A stretch of 64,000 bases of DNA from Acidimicrobiales bacterium (GTDB lineage: Bacteria > Actinomycetota > Acidimicrobiia > Acidimicrobiales > Aldehydirespiratoraceae). The notes under the pieces were generated by a model. That model was not told where the DNA came from. It did no database searches and saw nothing but the letters and a program-made list of their open reading frames with translations. The stretch covers positions 3,038,307 to 3,102,306 of the forward strand of contig OZ220727.1 in assembly GCA_965116865.1 (NCBI GenBank), read 5' to 3'. Below are positions 50,624 through 59,957 of this stretch, piece by piece; the stretch's first letter is position 1; each line of letters starts with the position of its first letter. Position numbers and translations under genes: made by a program.

Positions 50624-51682
50624 ATGACCAAGCGACCGCCACCTGAACGTCGTACCGAGATCTGGGAGCCTCCCGACGAGCTGACCGACCTAATGGGACC
50701 GGTCTCCGGGAACGAACTGAACGGCCACGGCGAGCCCGACCCCCGCCGGCCGACGCTGGTTATGTGGGACTGGAAGCGGGATTTCGTCCACCGGCCGATG
50801 CAAGACCTGATCAGCGAGCGACACCGCGAGCACCCGGGAATCGTGGGCACGTTGCGACTCGGGACCGAGCCGGGACATGTCCCCGTGGAGATCGGGGCAC
50901 GCAAGGTCCGCAAGACCCCGCAGGAATGGACGAGCAGTGTCTCGGAGTATGCGCTCGAACACCCGGATCATGCCGCGATGGACGTCGGGGTGGCCGCGGT
51001 CAGGCCTGAGTGGGTGTTCGAGCATGCGACGGTGACCGAGCCGTGGATCATCGTGATGGCTGTAGAGATGGACTTCGACGAACTCGCGGCCGCTCCATCG
51101 TGGAGGACCGGTGCGGAAGTGCAGCGGGGGTACAACACGGGCGCATATCTGGCCCGAGACCTCGCTGATTGGATCCGGGCGCAGGGCTACCAGGCCCGGG
51201 GCCATGGCGGGCCCAATGCCGGCCCCGTGCTCATGATTCCCCCCGCGCTCGCAGCCGGCCTCGGCGAACTCGGCAAGCATGGATCGATCATCCATCCTGA
51301 GCTCGGCTCGCGGTTCCGCCTCGCGAGCGTGCTGACGGACCTGCCGCTGCAACCGTCTGAGTCGCAGCGGTTCGGTGCTTTCGAGTTCTGTTGGAACTGC
51401 AGGGTCTGCCTCGATGCTTGCCCTCCAGGGGCCATCCACTCCACCGAGCAGCTTGTTCGAGGCGACGTCAAATGGTACGTCGACTTCGATCGGTGCCTGC
51501 CGTACTTCGCCGAGACCTACTCCTGCGGCATCTGCCTGGCGGTCTGCCCGTGGAGCAAACCCGGCGAGGCCGAGCGTCTAGTCGGCACGATGAGCCGGAA
51601 ACTGGCGCGACAGCAGGCGGGCGCAGAGAACACCGATCACTCTCAGGAGGAGACGGGACGAGACGGCGACGGCGACCGATAG
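50624..51682 (+). CDS. 4Fe-4S dicluster protein of the reductive-dehalogenase / QueG-like superfamily
   Basis: ATG at 50624 with GGAGGA upstream. AAGLGELGKHGSIIHPELGSRFRLASVLTDLPL. Two ferredoxin motifs, CWNCRVCLDACP and CGICLAVCP. The upstream 249 codons of the ORF-track entry are antisense to the PuuD-like gene and are rejected. Confidence 0.7.
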   Translation: MTKRPPPERRTEIWEPPDELTDLMGPVSGNELNGHGEPDPRRPTLVMWDWKRDFVHRPMQDLISERHREHPGIVGTLRLGTEPGHVPVEIGARKVRKTPQEWTSSVSEYALEHPDHAAMDVGVAAVRPEWVFEHATVTEPWIIVMAVEMDFDELAAAPSWRTGAEVQRGYNTGAYLARDLADWIRAQGYQARGHGGPNAGPVLMIPPALAAGLGELGKHGSIIHPELGSRFRLASVLTDLPLQPSESQRFGAFEFCWNCRVCLDACPPGAIHSTEQLVRGDVKWYVDFDRCLPYFAETYSCGICLAVCPWSKPGEAERLVGTMSRKLARQQAGAENTDHSQEETGRDGDGDR

Positions 51683-51768
51683 GCGGGCCCTGTGTCAGGC
51701 CGCGTCTGCTCCGTCCCCGAGGCCCGACTTAGGCGGCGCTTAGCGTTCAGAAGGGCAGGCCGGTCGGG

Positions 51769-52422
51769 CTAGAAGATGCGGCCCTCGATGCGGCTGGCGG
51801 CCAGCCACAACTCGACGTCGCGGATCGCCTCGGACATGGCCTGGCCGATCAGGTCGAGCTTGCGGACCTGATCGATGCGGCTGCGTACGCCCTCCAGCTC
51901 GCGTTTCGGCAACAGCTGGCGCAGCAGGCCGCATGCGTCCGCCAGGCAGATGATCACGATGTCGCGGGGGTCGGGGATCTCGTCGCTAAGGAGCACGCCC
52001 AGGATCCGCAGCTTCACCTCGCGCTCCTCGGTGCCGTCGATCATCGGGTAGCGCCGCGACCGGAACACCCACAGGAACCGCTCGTCGTGCTGTTCGAGGA
52101 TGCCGTGCTCGACGAGCCGGGCCAGCGCCTCGTCTCGGATGGCGTCGGCCTGCCTGGCCGTCTGCTCCACCCAGTAGCGGGCGTCGTGCTGCTCCCCGGC
52201 CGCGATCTGCTCCAGCGTCGGGTCGAGCAGGCTGTCGCCCACCGGCGTGGAGTCGATCAGAACGAGGTTGTCAGGGTCGGTGTCGATCCGGTTCTCCAGC
52301 GCCAGGTCCATGAGCACGGCGGCTGCCAGCGCGTGCTGCATCGACATCGCCGGGACCGGTACGAACTTGCCGTCGTCGTCCCGCAGTAGCAACAGGACAA
52401 TCTCCTCTGCGAATCTCAGCAT
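51769..52422 (-). CDS. GPP34/GOLPH3-family protein
   Basis: 217 aa. MLRFAEEIVLLLLRDDDGKF...LAAAVLMDLALENRI...ARLVEHGIL, typical of the bacterial GPP34 family as I recall it. Confidence 0.7.
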   Translation of the reverse strand: MLRFAEEIVLLLLRDDDGKFVPVPAMSMQHALAAAVLMDLALENRIDTDPDNLVLIDSTPVGDSLLDPTLEQIAAGEQHDARYWVEQTARQADAIRDEALARLVEHGILEQHDERFLWVFRSRRYPMIDGTEEREVKLRILGVLLSDEIPDPRDIVIICLADACGLLRQLLPKRELEGVRSRIDQVRKLDLIGQAMSEAIRDVELWLAASRIEGRIF

Positions 52423-52477
52423 GTCGCCTTGTGTATCACATGATCCGCAGCCGCGGACAGGCGCGCCGTCGACGGGG

Positions 52478-53626
52478 TCAGAAGTCCTGGTCGAACGAGA
52501 CCTCGCCCTCCACGCCCACCTGGTAGGCGGACACGGTGCGCTCGAAGAAGTTGGAGAGTTCCTGCACGTCTTGGAGCTCCATGAACGAGAACGGGTTGGG
52601 GCTTCCGAAGCGCCGCCTGAGACCCAGCTGCATGAGGCGCTGGTCGGCCACGTACTCGAGGTACAGCCGGGTGTCGGCCACCGACATGCCGGGTACGCCC
52701 TCGCCGAGCAGGTCCGCTGCGAACTGGTGCTCGGCGTCCACCGCCTCGGCCAGCATGTCGCCGATCCGACGCCCGAAGTCCTCGTCGAACAGTTCCGGCT
52801 CCTCGGAGCGCACAGTGCGGATCACCTCGAAGGCGAAGTTCATGTGCATCGACTCGTCGCGGAACACCCAGTTGGTGCCCGCCGCCAGCCCGTTGAGCAG
52901 GCCCTTGGACCGCAGGAAGTACACGTAGGCGAACGCAGCGAAGAAGAACAGGCCCTCGATGCAGGCTGCGAAGCACACCAGGTTCATGAGGAAGCGGCGG
53001 CGGTCGTCCGCGGTGCGCAGAGGCCCGTCGCCGACCGAGTCCATCCATTTGAAGCAGAATTCGGCCTTGGCCCGTATCGACGGGATGTTCTCGATGGCGG
53101 CGAACGCCTCGGCCCGCTCGTCGTGGTCGGGGATGTAGTTGTCGAGGAGGTTCAGGTAGAACTGCACGTGCAGTGCCTCCTCGAAGAGCTGGCGCGACAG
53201 GTACATCCGAGCCTCGGGCGCGTTGATGTGCTCGTACAGGTTCAACACGAGGTTGTTGGCCACGATCGAGTCGCCGGTGGCGAAGAAGGCCACGAGCCGG
53301 CGAATCAGGTGCTTCTCGGCCGGCATGAGTCTGCGGTCCAGGTCGACTAGGTCGTCGGAGAAGTCTATCTCGTCGACGGTCCAGGTGTTCTTGATGGCGT
53401 CACGGTACATATCGAAGAACTGCGGGTAGCGCATCGGGCGCAGGGTCAGGTCGAAGCCCGGGTCCAAGATGTTGGTCCGGCCGGAGACGTCCGGCGTGGG
53501 CGGCCCGGGCCGGGGCTCGGCTGCTGGCACAGGCTGGAAGCCTGTGGGAGGGTCGGGCAGTGCCGAGCCCCGGCCCGGGAGATCGAGAGGCTCGACGGTG
53601 ATGTGGGTGATGTCGGTGATGGCCAT
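52478..53626 (-). CDS. nrdB: Ribonucleoside-diphosphate reductase beta (R2) subunit, class I
   Basis: ATG at 53626 shares its A with the nrdA TGA. Di-iron ligand contexts (FFATGDSIV, EEALHVQFY, IEGLFFFAAF, RDESMHMNF). Confidence 0.9.
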   Translation of the reverse strand: MAITDITHITVEPLDLPGRGSALPDPPTGFQPVPAAEPRPGPPTPDVSGRTNILDPGFDLTLRPMRYPQFFDMYRDAIKNTWTVDEIDFSDDLVDLDRRLMPAEKHLIRRLVAFFATGDSIVANNLVLNLYEHINAPEARMYLSRQLFEEALHVQFYLNLLDNYIPDHDERAEAFAAIENIPSIRAKAEFCFKWMDSVGDGPLRTADDRRRFLMNLVCFAACIEGLFFFAAFAYVYFLRSKGLLNGLAAGTNWVFRDESMHMNFAFEVIRTVRSEEPELFDEDFGRRIGDMLAEAVDAEHQFAADLLGEGVPGMSVADTRLYLEYVADQRLMQLGLRRRFGSPNPFSFMELQDVQELSNFFERTVSAYQVGVEGEVSFDQDF

Positions 53627-56076
53627 CAGTCGCATGCCTCGCAAGTCTCGGGGTTCTCCAGCGAGCAGGCCACGTCGGCCGCCTCCTTTGCGGTGGCCGA
53701 CGCGGCCGCGTCGGCGCCCGAGCCGTTGGTGGTGGTCTGGTTGATGCGCGTCTTGGGCCGCGACCGCAGGTAGTAGGTGGTTTTGAGGCCCTGCTTCCAG
53801 GCGTGCATGTACATCGACGACAGCTTCCCGATGGTCGGCGCCTCCATGAAGAGGTTGAGCGACTGGCTCTGGTCGATGAAGGCGCCGCGGTCGGCGGCCA
53901 TCTCGATGAGGGAGCGCTGCGGTATCTCCCAGGCGGTGCGGTAGACGGCCCGCAGGTCCGCCGGCACGCGCTCGATCTGCTGGATCGAGCCCTCAGACCG
54001 CTTCACGTCAGCGATCATCTTGTCGTCCCACAGGCCTCGGGCCTTCAGTTCGGCCACCAAGTACCGGTTGACCTGCAGGAACTCGCCCGACAGGGTCTCT
54101 CGTTTGAACAGGTTCGACACTTGGGGCTCGATGCACTCGTAGCAGCCGGCTATGGCAGCGATGGTGGCGGTCGGGGCGACAGCGACGAGCAGCGAGTTGC
54201 GCAGCCCGTGGACGGTGATGCGCTCGCGCAGCGGCCGCCACCGGTCGGGATGGGACGGCTCGATCCCCCAGAGGTCGAACTGGAGGAGGCCGGCCGCGGC
54301 ACGGGTGTCGACGAAGCCGGGATGGGGCCCTTCGGCCTCGGCCAGCGCGGTGGAGGCCCACAGGGCGTTGAAGTAGATCTCCTCGGAGATGAGTCGGCTG
54401 AGGTTGCGGGCCTCGGGGGAGTCGAAGGCAAGGCCCAGCTTGAAGAACACGTCTTGGAGGCCCATGAGGCCGAGGCCCACCGGCCGCCAGCGCTGGTTGG
54501 AGGCCGCCGACTCGGAGGTCGGGTAATAGTTGATGTCGATGACGCGGTCGAGGAAGCCGACCACTAGCCGCACCACCGCGCCGAGCCGGTCGAAGTCGAA
54601 GCGCAGCGGTGCGCCGCCGGTCCTCGACCGCTGGACGAAGGCGCCGAGGTTGACCGACCCGAGGTTGCACACCGCGGTCTCCTCCGCGCCGGTCACTTCG
54701 ACGATCTCGGTGCACAGGTTGGAGAGATGCACGACGCGGCCGCGGTCGTTGGTGTCGCCGCCGGTCCCGGGACCGGTCTGGTTGCACTTGGCGTTGGAGG
54801 CGTCCTTGAACGTCATCCAGCCGTTGCCGGTCTCGGCCAGGGTCCGCATCATACGGGTGTAGAGCCGGCGGGCCGGGATCTGCGCCTCGTAACGCCCGTC
54901 GGCCTCGGCTTGCTCGTAGATGGCCCGGAACTCCTCGCCGTAGGTGTCGGTGAGCTCGGGCGCCTTCTTGGGGTCGAACAGGCTCCACTGCCAGTCCTTC
55001 TCGACGCGCTCCATGAACAGGTCGGGCACCCAGTTGGCGAGGTTGATGTTGTGGGTGCGGCGGGCGTGGTCGCCGGTGTTGTCGCGCAGCTCGAGGAACT
55101 GTTCAACGTCGGCATGCCAGGTCTCGAGGTAGACGCAGGCCGCGCCCTTGCGCCTTCCTCCCTGGTTGACGGCGGCCACCGACGAGTCGAGGGTTTTGAG
55201 CCACGGCACGATGCCGTTGGACAGGCCGTTGGTGCCCCGGATCAGCGATCCCTTGGAGCGGACCCGATGCCAGCCGACCCCGATGCCGCCCGCGTACTTC
55301 GAGAGGCGGGCGATGTCGGTGTAGCGCTGGTAGATGCCTTCCAGCGAGTCGGCGGGCGAGTCGAGCAGGTAGCAACTCGACATCTGCGGATGCACGGTGC
55401 CCGAGTTGAACAGGGTCGGGCTCGACGGGAGGTAGGCCAGCGACGAGATCAGGTCGTAGAACGCGACCGCCTCCTCGGGGCTGGTGCTCAGCCCGCACGC
55501 CACCCGCAGCATGAAGTACTGCGGGGTTTCGATCACCAGCCGGGTGTCCGGGTGGCGCAGCAGGTAGCGGTCGTACACGGTGCGCAGCCCGAAGAACTCG
55601 AAGTTGCGGTCGCGGCCAGAGTCGACGGCGGCGTTCAGCGCCGGGGAGTGGGCCCGCACGAACTCGGCGGTGCTGTCGCCGATGAGGTTGAGCCGGTGCC
55701 CGGTCTCCATGGCCTCGGAGAACCATGGGATGTTCTGGTTGCGGACCTCCTTGTCGATGTAGGTGGCCAGCATGCGGGCCGCGAGCTTGGAGTAGTTGGG
55801 TTCCTCCACGATGAGCCCGGCCGCGGTGCGGATGCTGAGCTCGTCGAGCTCGCGGGTGGTGGCCCCGTCGGCGAGGGCGGCGATCGTGCGGGTGCTGACC
55901 GTAAGCGGATCGACGCCTAGCAGGCCCTCGGCCGCCTGCGCCACAGCGTTGACGATCTTGTTCACGTCGACCGGCTCGACGCTGCCGTTGCGCTTGCGCA
56001 CCCGCATGGTGGTAGGCGCGGCCGCTGCCGGTGTCGGCTCCGCGACGGTGGTCAGCCTGTCCTGGGTCATCGTCAC
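53626..56076 (-). CDS. nrdA: Ribonucleoside-diphosphate reductase alpha (R1) subunit, class I
   Basis: GTG at 56076 lies 9 nt after AGGAGG; the alternative ATG is at 56070. ATP-cone-like N-terminus (VRKRNGSVEPVDVNKIVNAV). Catalytic region (LSNLCTEI, NLGS, PTATIA). C-terminal Cys pair (CSLENPETCEAC). Confidence 0.9.
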   Translation of the reverse strand: MTMTQDRLTTVAEPTPAAAAPTTMRVRKRNGSVEPVDVNKIVNAVAQAAEGLLGVDPLTVSTRTIAALADGATTRELDELSIRTAAGLIVEEPNYSKLAARMLATYIDKEVRNQNIPWFSEAMETGHRLNLIGDSTAEFVRAHSPALNAAVDSGRDRNFEFFGLRTVYDRYLLRHPDTRLVIETPQYFMLRVACGLSTSPEEAVAFYDLISSLAYLPSSPTLFNSGTVHPQMSSCYLLDSPADSLEGIYQRYTDIARLSKYAGGIGVGWHRVRSKGSLIRGTNGLSNGIVPWLKTLDSSVAAVNQGGRRKGAACVYLETWHADVEQFLELRDNTGDHARRTHNINLANWVPDLFMERVEKDWQWSLFDPKKAPELTDTYGEEFRAIYEQAEADGRYEAQIPARRLYTRMMRTLAETGNGWMTFKDASNAKCNQTGPGTGGDTNDRGRVVHLSNLCTEIVEVTGAEETAVCNLGSVNLGAFVQRSRTGGAPLRFDFDRLGAVVRLVVGFLDRVIDINYYPTSESAASNQRWRPVGLGLMGLQDVFFKLGLAFDSPEARNLSRLISEEIYFNALWASTALAEAEGPHPGFVDTRAAAGLLQFDLWGIEPSHPDRWRPLRERITVHGLRNSLLVAVAPTATIAAIAGCYECIEPQVSNLFKRETLSGEFLQVNRYLVAELKARGLWDDKMIADVKRSEGSIQQIERVPADLRAVYRTAWEIPQRSLIEMAADRGAFIDQSQSLNLFMEAPTIGKLSSMYMHAWKQGLKTTYYLRSRPKTRINQTTTNGSGADAAASATAKEAADVACSLENPETCEACD

Positions 56077-56163
56077 GTCGGTACGCCTCCTCTTGCCTTT
56101 GACCAGCGGTCGCCCCGCCAGTTGCGGGCCCCGACCGAGCCCGGCCACAACTGCGAAGCTTGA

Positions 56164-56193
56164 ATTACAGCATCGTAACTACACAAGTGTCAA
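56164..56193 (-). promoter_or_regulatory. Candidate sigma-70-type promoter of nrdAB
   Basis: Minus strand reads TTGACA (56193-56188), 18 nt, TGTAAT (56169-56164), in the only AT-rich patch upstream of nrdA. The partial palindrome ACACTTGTGT lies in the spacer. Confidence 0.45.
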
Positions 56194-56550
56194 ATTGCGC
56201 GCCTGCTGCCCGGCGCCGGGCCTGCAGCGGGTCCGGCGCCGCGTCGCCCGGCCGCCCCGCGGCTGCTGCTCGGCGCTGCAGTGCGCGCATCCCGCGCCGT
56301 GGCGCCTGCGTCACCGTCGAGCGCCCTCTGAGGCTCCCCGCGATCGCTGCGGCCGACGCTCTCGACAAGGTCGTCCGGAAGATCAACCTGGTGGAGGACG
56401 CTCGCCGGGCCGCGGTCCCGCTCGACGCCGTGCCCATCCGCGGGGAGACGTCCGACTGTGTCGACGGAGCGAGACCGATGCCGTGGGCTGGACTCAGTTC
56501 TCACTGCTGTTGTTGAGCCCGTGGGAGGGGCAGGATAGCCTGCCGCGCTA

Positions 56551-59172
56551 GTGCTGACGACCGAGGCCGAGACGGGAACCGAAGGGTCTGCCGAGGAGAT
56601 CGAAGGGTCTGCCGAGGAGATCGAAGGGTCTGCCGAGGAGATCGAAGGGTCTGCCGAGGAGATCGAAGGGTCTGCCGAGGAGTCCGAAAAGTCCCGTCGG
56701 AGGCTCCCGCGTTGGACGCGCCCGAGTTGGCTGCATCCGGGCAGCCGGGCGGCTGTCGCCGCGGTCGGACTGCTCGCCGTGGTGGTGTTCATACCGGCGT
56801 TCAATGCAGCCTTCGTGTGGGACGACGTGCTCATCGTCAATCTGTCAGAGTTCGTGACGGGCTTCCGAGACATCTGGTTCAACCCCAGGTTGATCGAGTC
56901 GGAGGGCCACTACTGGCCGATGGTCTACACCACGTTCTGGGTCGAGCAAATGCTGTGGGGGACCGACCCGGTGGGGTACCACGTTGTCAACGTGGCGCTC
57001 CATGCGGCCAACGCCATGCTCGTGCTGGTCCTGTTGCGTCGTCTGGGGGCGCCCGGCGCCTGGGTCGCGGCGGCGATCTTCGCGGTGCATCCGACGCACG
57101 TCGACTCGGTGGCGTGGGCCATCGAGCGCAAGGACGTGCTCTCGGCGCTGTTCTACCTGCTGGCGGCGCTGGCCTATCTGAGCTGGGACGAGCGCACAAG
57201 AGAGGCCAGCTCAAGCGTCGGGACCCGAGGCGCGTCCAGGCACCGTCGGCGGGCCGCGCGTCGCCGGCGGTCCACAGGCCGGGACGAGGCTATGTATGCG
57301 GGCTCGTTGGCAGCGTTTGTGCTGGCACTGCTCAGCAAGTCGATCGCGGTGACGTTGCCGGCCACGCTGCTGGTCTACCACTGGTGGCGCGGCGGCCGGG
57401 TCCGGGGCCACGAGTTCGCCCGGTCGGTGCCGTTCTTCGCGGCGGCGGCCGTGATCACCGCGGGCGATCTCGTCTACTACCGCAGCCTCGAGCGCCTGTC
57501 GCTGGACATATCGTTGGCGGAACGGGCCCAAATCGTGGCGCGGGCGTTCTGGCACTATGCGCAGCAGCTGCTGTGGCCGGCCGACCTGCTGCCGATCTAT
57601 CCCCGCTGGGAAATCGACGGCGGCGACGTGCTCGGCTGGGCGCTGTTCGTGCTCGGCGCCGGTGTCGTCGTGGGCCTGTGGACGCTGCGCGGCCGTGTCG
57701 GGCGGGCGCCGCTGGCCGCTGTGCTGTTCTTCGGCATCACCCTTTCGCCGGTGCTGGGACTGGTGGACTACGGCTACATGCGCACCAGTTACGTGGCCGA
57801 CCGGTTCCAGTACCTGGCCGGCATCGGGTTCATCGCGCTGGTGGTGGGCTCGGTCTCGTGGACGGTGTCCAGACTCGAGGCCGGGCACCGGCTCCGTGCC
57901 GTCGGAGTGCTTTCGTTGCTGTGCGCAGCGGCTCTGGTGGCGCTGGGGGTCCTAACCTGGCGGCTGACGCTGAACTACGAGACCCCAGAGAAGTTCTACA
58001 CCTACATCGTCACCAAAAACCCCACAGCCAGGGGCGGCGCGTACGTGAACCTCGGCAACGCCTATCGCGGGCAGGGAAGAATCGACGACGCCATCGAGGC
58101 GTACGAGCAGTCGCTGATCAACGACGCTCCCGACGTGCGGCTCACCCACTACAACCTGGGAACCCTGCACCACAGTGAGGGCGACATCGACCTGGCAGAG
58201 TCGCACTTGAGGCAGTCGCTGGAGGCCGACCCGAACTATACGTCGGCCATCAGTCAACTGTCGAAGCTGCTGGCTTCCCGCCAGGAGTTCGACGAAGCCG
58301 AGAAACTGGCTCTGAAGGCGTTGAGCCTGAGCCCTCGGAAAGCTCAGGTCCTGCTGAACGCCTCCGATCTGTACGAGAGGATCGGCGACATCGAGCAGGC
58401 TGAGAAGTACTTGGTCCAGGCCCTGGATCGGCGTCCCGACGACGTGAACTGGCTGTCCAACTACGGGCTGTTCCTGTACAGGCACGGACGCGAGGCCGAC
58501 GCGGAGCCAGTCCTGCGGCGGGCGCTCGAAGCCGAACCCGGCCTGGAGGGTGTGGCGCAGTCGCTGGCAGCACTGATGCTCCGCCAAGGCCGCGACGACG
58601 AGGCGGCCCGCCTCGTCGAGGAGGGCTACATCGAGTCGCTGGAGCTGGCGGCCGCCAGCTCCGACGTGGATCGCGGCAACGACCTGTTGGAGGAGCGACG
58701 GTTCGACGAGGCCGTGGAGGCCTATGAGGCGGCCCTGACAGCAAACTCCGACAATGTGGCCGCCCACGTCCAGCTGGGGGTGGCGTTAGAGAACCTCGGC
58801 CGGGGCGAAGACGCTCTGGAGAGTTACCGGGACGCCTACGACATCGATGACGAGGACATCAGCGCCGTCTACTTCCGCGCGCTGCTGCTGGCCCGGATGG
58901 AACGCAACGACGAGGCGCTGGTACTGTTCGACGAGGCGGCGGAGCTGTTCGACCAGGGCAAGGTGCCGCCCGCCTCAGACGGGGCCGAGCTTCCCGATCT
59001 CGCCGACGTGCATCTCAACCGGGCGGTCGTGTTCGTCGGCCTCGACCGGCTCGACGAGGCTCTCGCCGACACCGAGCGTGCCCTGGAGCTGGATCCCGAC
59101 CTGGAGCTGGCAGGCGTGAACCGGGAGCAGATCCTGGGCATGATCTCTCAGCGAGACCGGCCAGACGGATGA
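56551..59172 (+). CDS. GT-C-type (PMT/ArnT-like) membrane glycosyltransferase fused to a C-terminal TPR-repeat domain
   Basis: About 450 aa with many hydrophobic helices and an early loop VWDDVLIV...GYHVVNVALHAANAMLVLVLLRRLG...FAVHPTHVDSVAWAIERKDVLSALFYLLA, as in TMTC/PMT_2-type enzymes. Followed by about 400 aa of TPR repeats (AYVNLGNAYRGQGRIDDAIEAYEQSL...). The start is uncertain: GTG at 56551 without a good SD. Confidence 0.7.
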   Translation: MLTTEAETGTEGSAEEIEGSAEEIEGSAEEIEGSAEEIEGSAEESEKSRRRLPRWTRPSWLHPGSRAAVAAVGLLAVVVFIPAFNAAFVWDDVLIVNLSEFVTGFRDIWFNPRLIESEGHYWPMVYTTFWVEQMLWGTDPVGYHVVNVALHAANAMLVLVLLRRLGAPGAWVAAAIFAVHPTHVDSVAWAIERKDVLSALFYLLAALAYLSWDERTREASSSVGTRGASRHRRRAARRRRSTGRDEAMYAGSLAAFVLALLSKSIAVTLPATLLVYHWWRGGRVRGHEFARSVPFFAAAAVITAGDLVYYRSLERLSLDISLAERAQIVARAFWHYAQQLLWPADLLPIYPRWEIDGGDVLGWALFVLGAGVVVGLWTLRGRVGRAPLAAVLFFGITLSPVLGLVDYGYMRTSYVADRFQYLAGIGFIALVVGSVSWTVSRLEAGHRLRAVGVLSLLCAAALVALGVLTWRLTLNYETPEKFYTYIVTKNPTARGGAYVNLGNAYRGQGRIDDAIEAYEQSLINDAPDVRLTHYNLGTLHHSEGDIDLAESHLRQSLEADPNYTSAISQLSKLLASRQEFDEAEKLALKALSLSPRKAQVLLNASDLYERIGDIEQAEKYLVQALDRRPDDVNWLSNYGLFLYRHGREADAEPVLRRALEAEPGLEGVAQSLAALMLRQGRDDEAARLVEEGYIESLELAAASSDVDRGNDLLEERRFDEAVEAYEAALTANSDNVAAHVQLGVALENLGRGEDALESYRDAYDIDDEDISAVYFRALLLARMERNDEALVLFDEAAELFDQGKVPPASDGAELPDLADVHLNRAVVFVGLDRLDEALADTERALELDPDLELAGVNREQILGMISQRDRPDG
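56581..56685 (+). repeat. 21-bp in-frame tandem repeat x5 (EGSAEEI) at the 5' end of the glycosyltransferase gene
   Basis: gaagggtctgccgaggagatc starts at 56581, 56602, 56623, 56644 and 56665. Confidence 0.95.
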
Positions 59173-59906
59173 GTACGCCGCGATCCGGCCGGCCGGCGGT
59201 GTCGGTGGTGGTTCCGACGCTGCGGGAGGCGCAGAACATCGCCTCGCTCGTCGAGCAGGTAGCGCGGGCCATGGAGCCCACTGCGCTCGACTGGGAGATG
59301 GTCGTGGTGGACGACGACTCGCGCGACGGCATCGAGCAGTCGGTGGCGGTGCTGGCCGAGACGTTGCCGGTCCGCCTGCTGGTTCGCGCCGGGCAGCCTC
59401 GGAGCCTGTCGCTGGCGGTGATCACGGGAATCGAGCAGTGCCGCTCCGACACCGTCGTCGTGATGGACGCCGACCTGTCCCATCCGCCTGCGGCCATCCC
59501 GCCGATGCTGGCCGCGCTGGACTCCGACGGTATCGACATGGTGGTGGGCAGCCGCTACACCGCCGGCGGCGAGATCGACGTCGACTGGGGATGGCACCGG
59601 CGCCTCGTATCGCGGGCCGGCACCCTGCTGACCCGGCCGCTGACGGCGTGCGCCGATCCGCTGTCGGGGTTCTTCGCGCTGGATCGTCGAGCCGTCGGCG
59701 ACCTCGCGCAGCTGAGGCCGGTCGGCTTCAAGATCGGGCTCGAGTTGATGGCGCGCGGCCGGCTGCGCGTCGCTGAGGTCCCCATCAAGTTCCAGGACCG
59801 CGGTCGGGGCAAGAGCAAGTTCAACCTCAAGGAGCAGGCCAGGTACCTGCACCACCTGTCGCGGCTCTACGGGCATGCCCTGATGCGCCTCCTTGTCCGT
59901 CGCTGA
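59169..59906 (+). CDS. Polyprenol-phosphate mannose synthase / dolichol-phosphate mannosyltransferase-like GT2
   Basis: 245 aa. VSVVVPTLREAQNI, VVVDDDSRDG, VVVMDADLSHPP, VVGSRY. ATGA overlap with the upstream GT-C gene. Confidence 0.8.
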   Translation: MSTPRSGRPAVSVVVPTLREAQNIASLVEQVARAMEPTALDWEMVVVDDDSRDGIEQSVAVLAETLPVRLLVRAGQPRSLSLAVITGIEQCRSDTVVVMDADLSHPPAAIPPMLAALDSDGIDMVVGSRYTAGGEIDVDWGWHRRLVSRAGTLLTRPLTACADPLSGFFALDRRAVGDLAQLRPVGFKIGLELMARGRLRVAEVPIKFQDRGRGKSKFNLKEQARYLHHLSRLYGHALMRLLVRR

Positions 59907-59957
59907 GGGCCCGTCGGCAGGGACCGGCTTGGGCCGGCAGCGGAGGCGCCGGCCCGG

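Noticed and set aside
56160-56550. Small ORFs (118 aa plus, 90 aa minus) in the nrdA / glycosyltransferase divergent region
   Set aside because: They have Arg/Ala-rich composition typical of random GC-rich ORFs, with no RBS and no recognisable motif. The region is more likely promoter and leader sequence.
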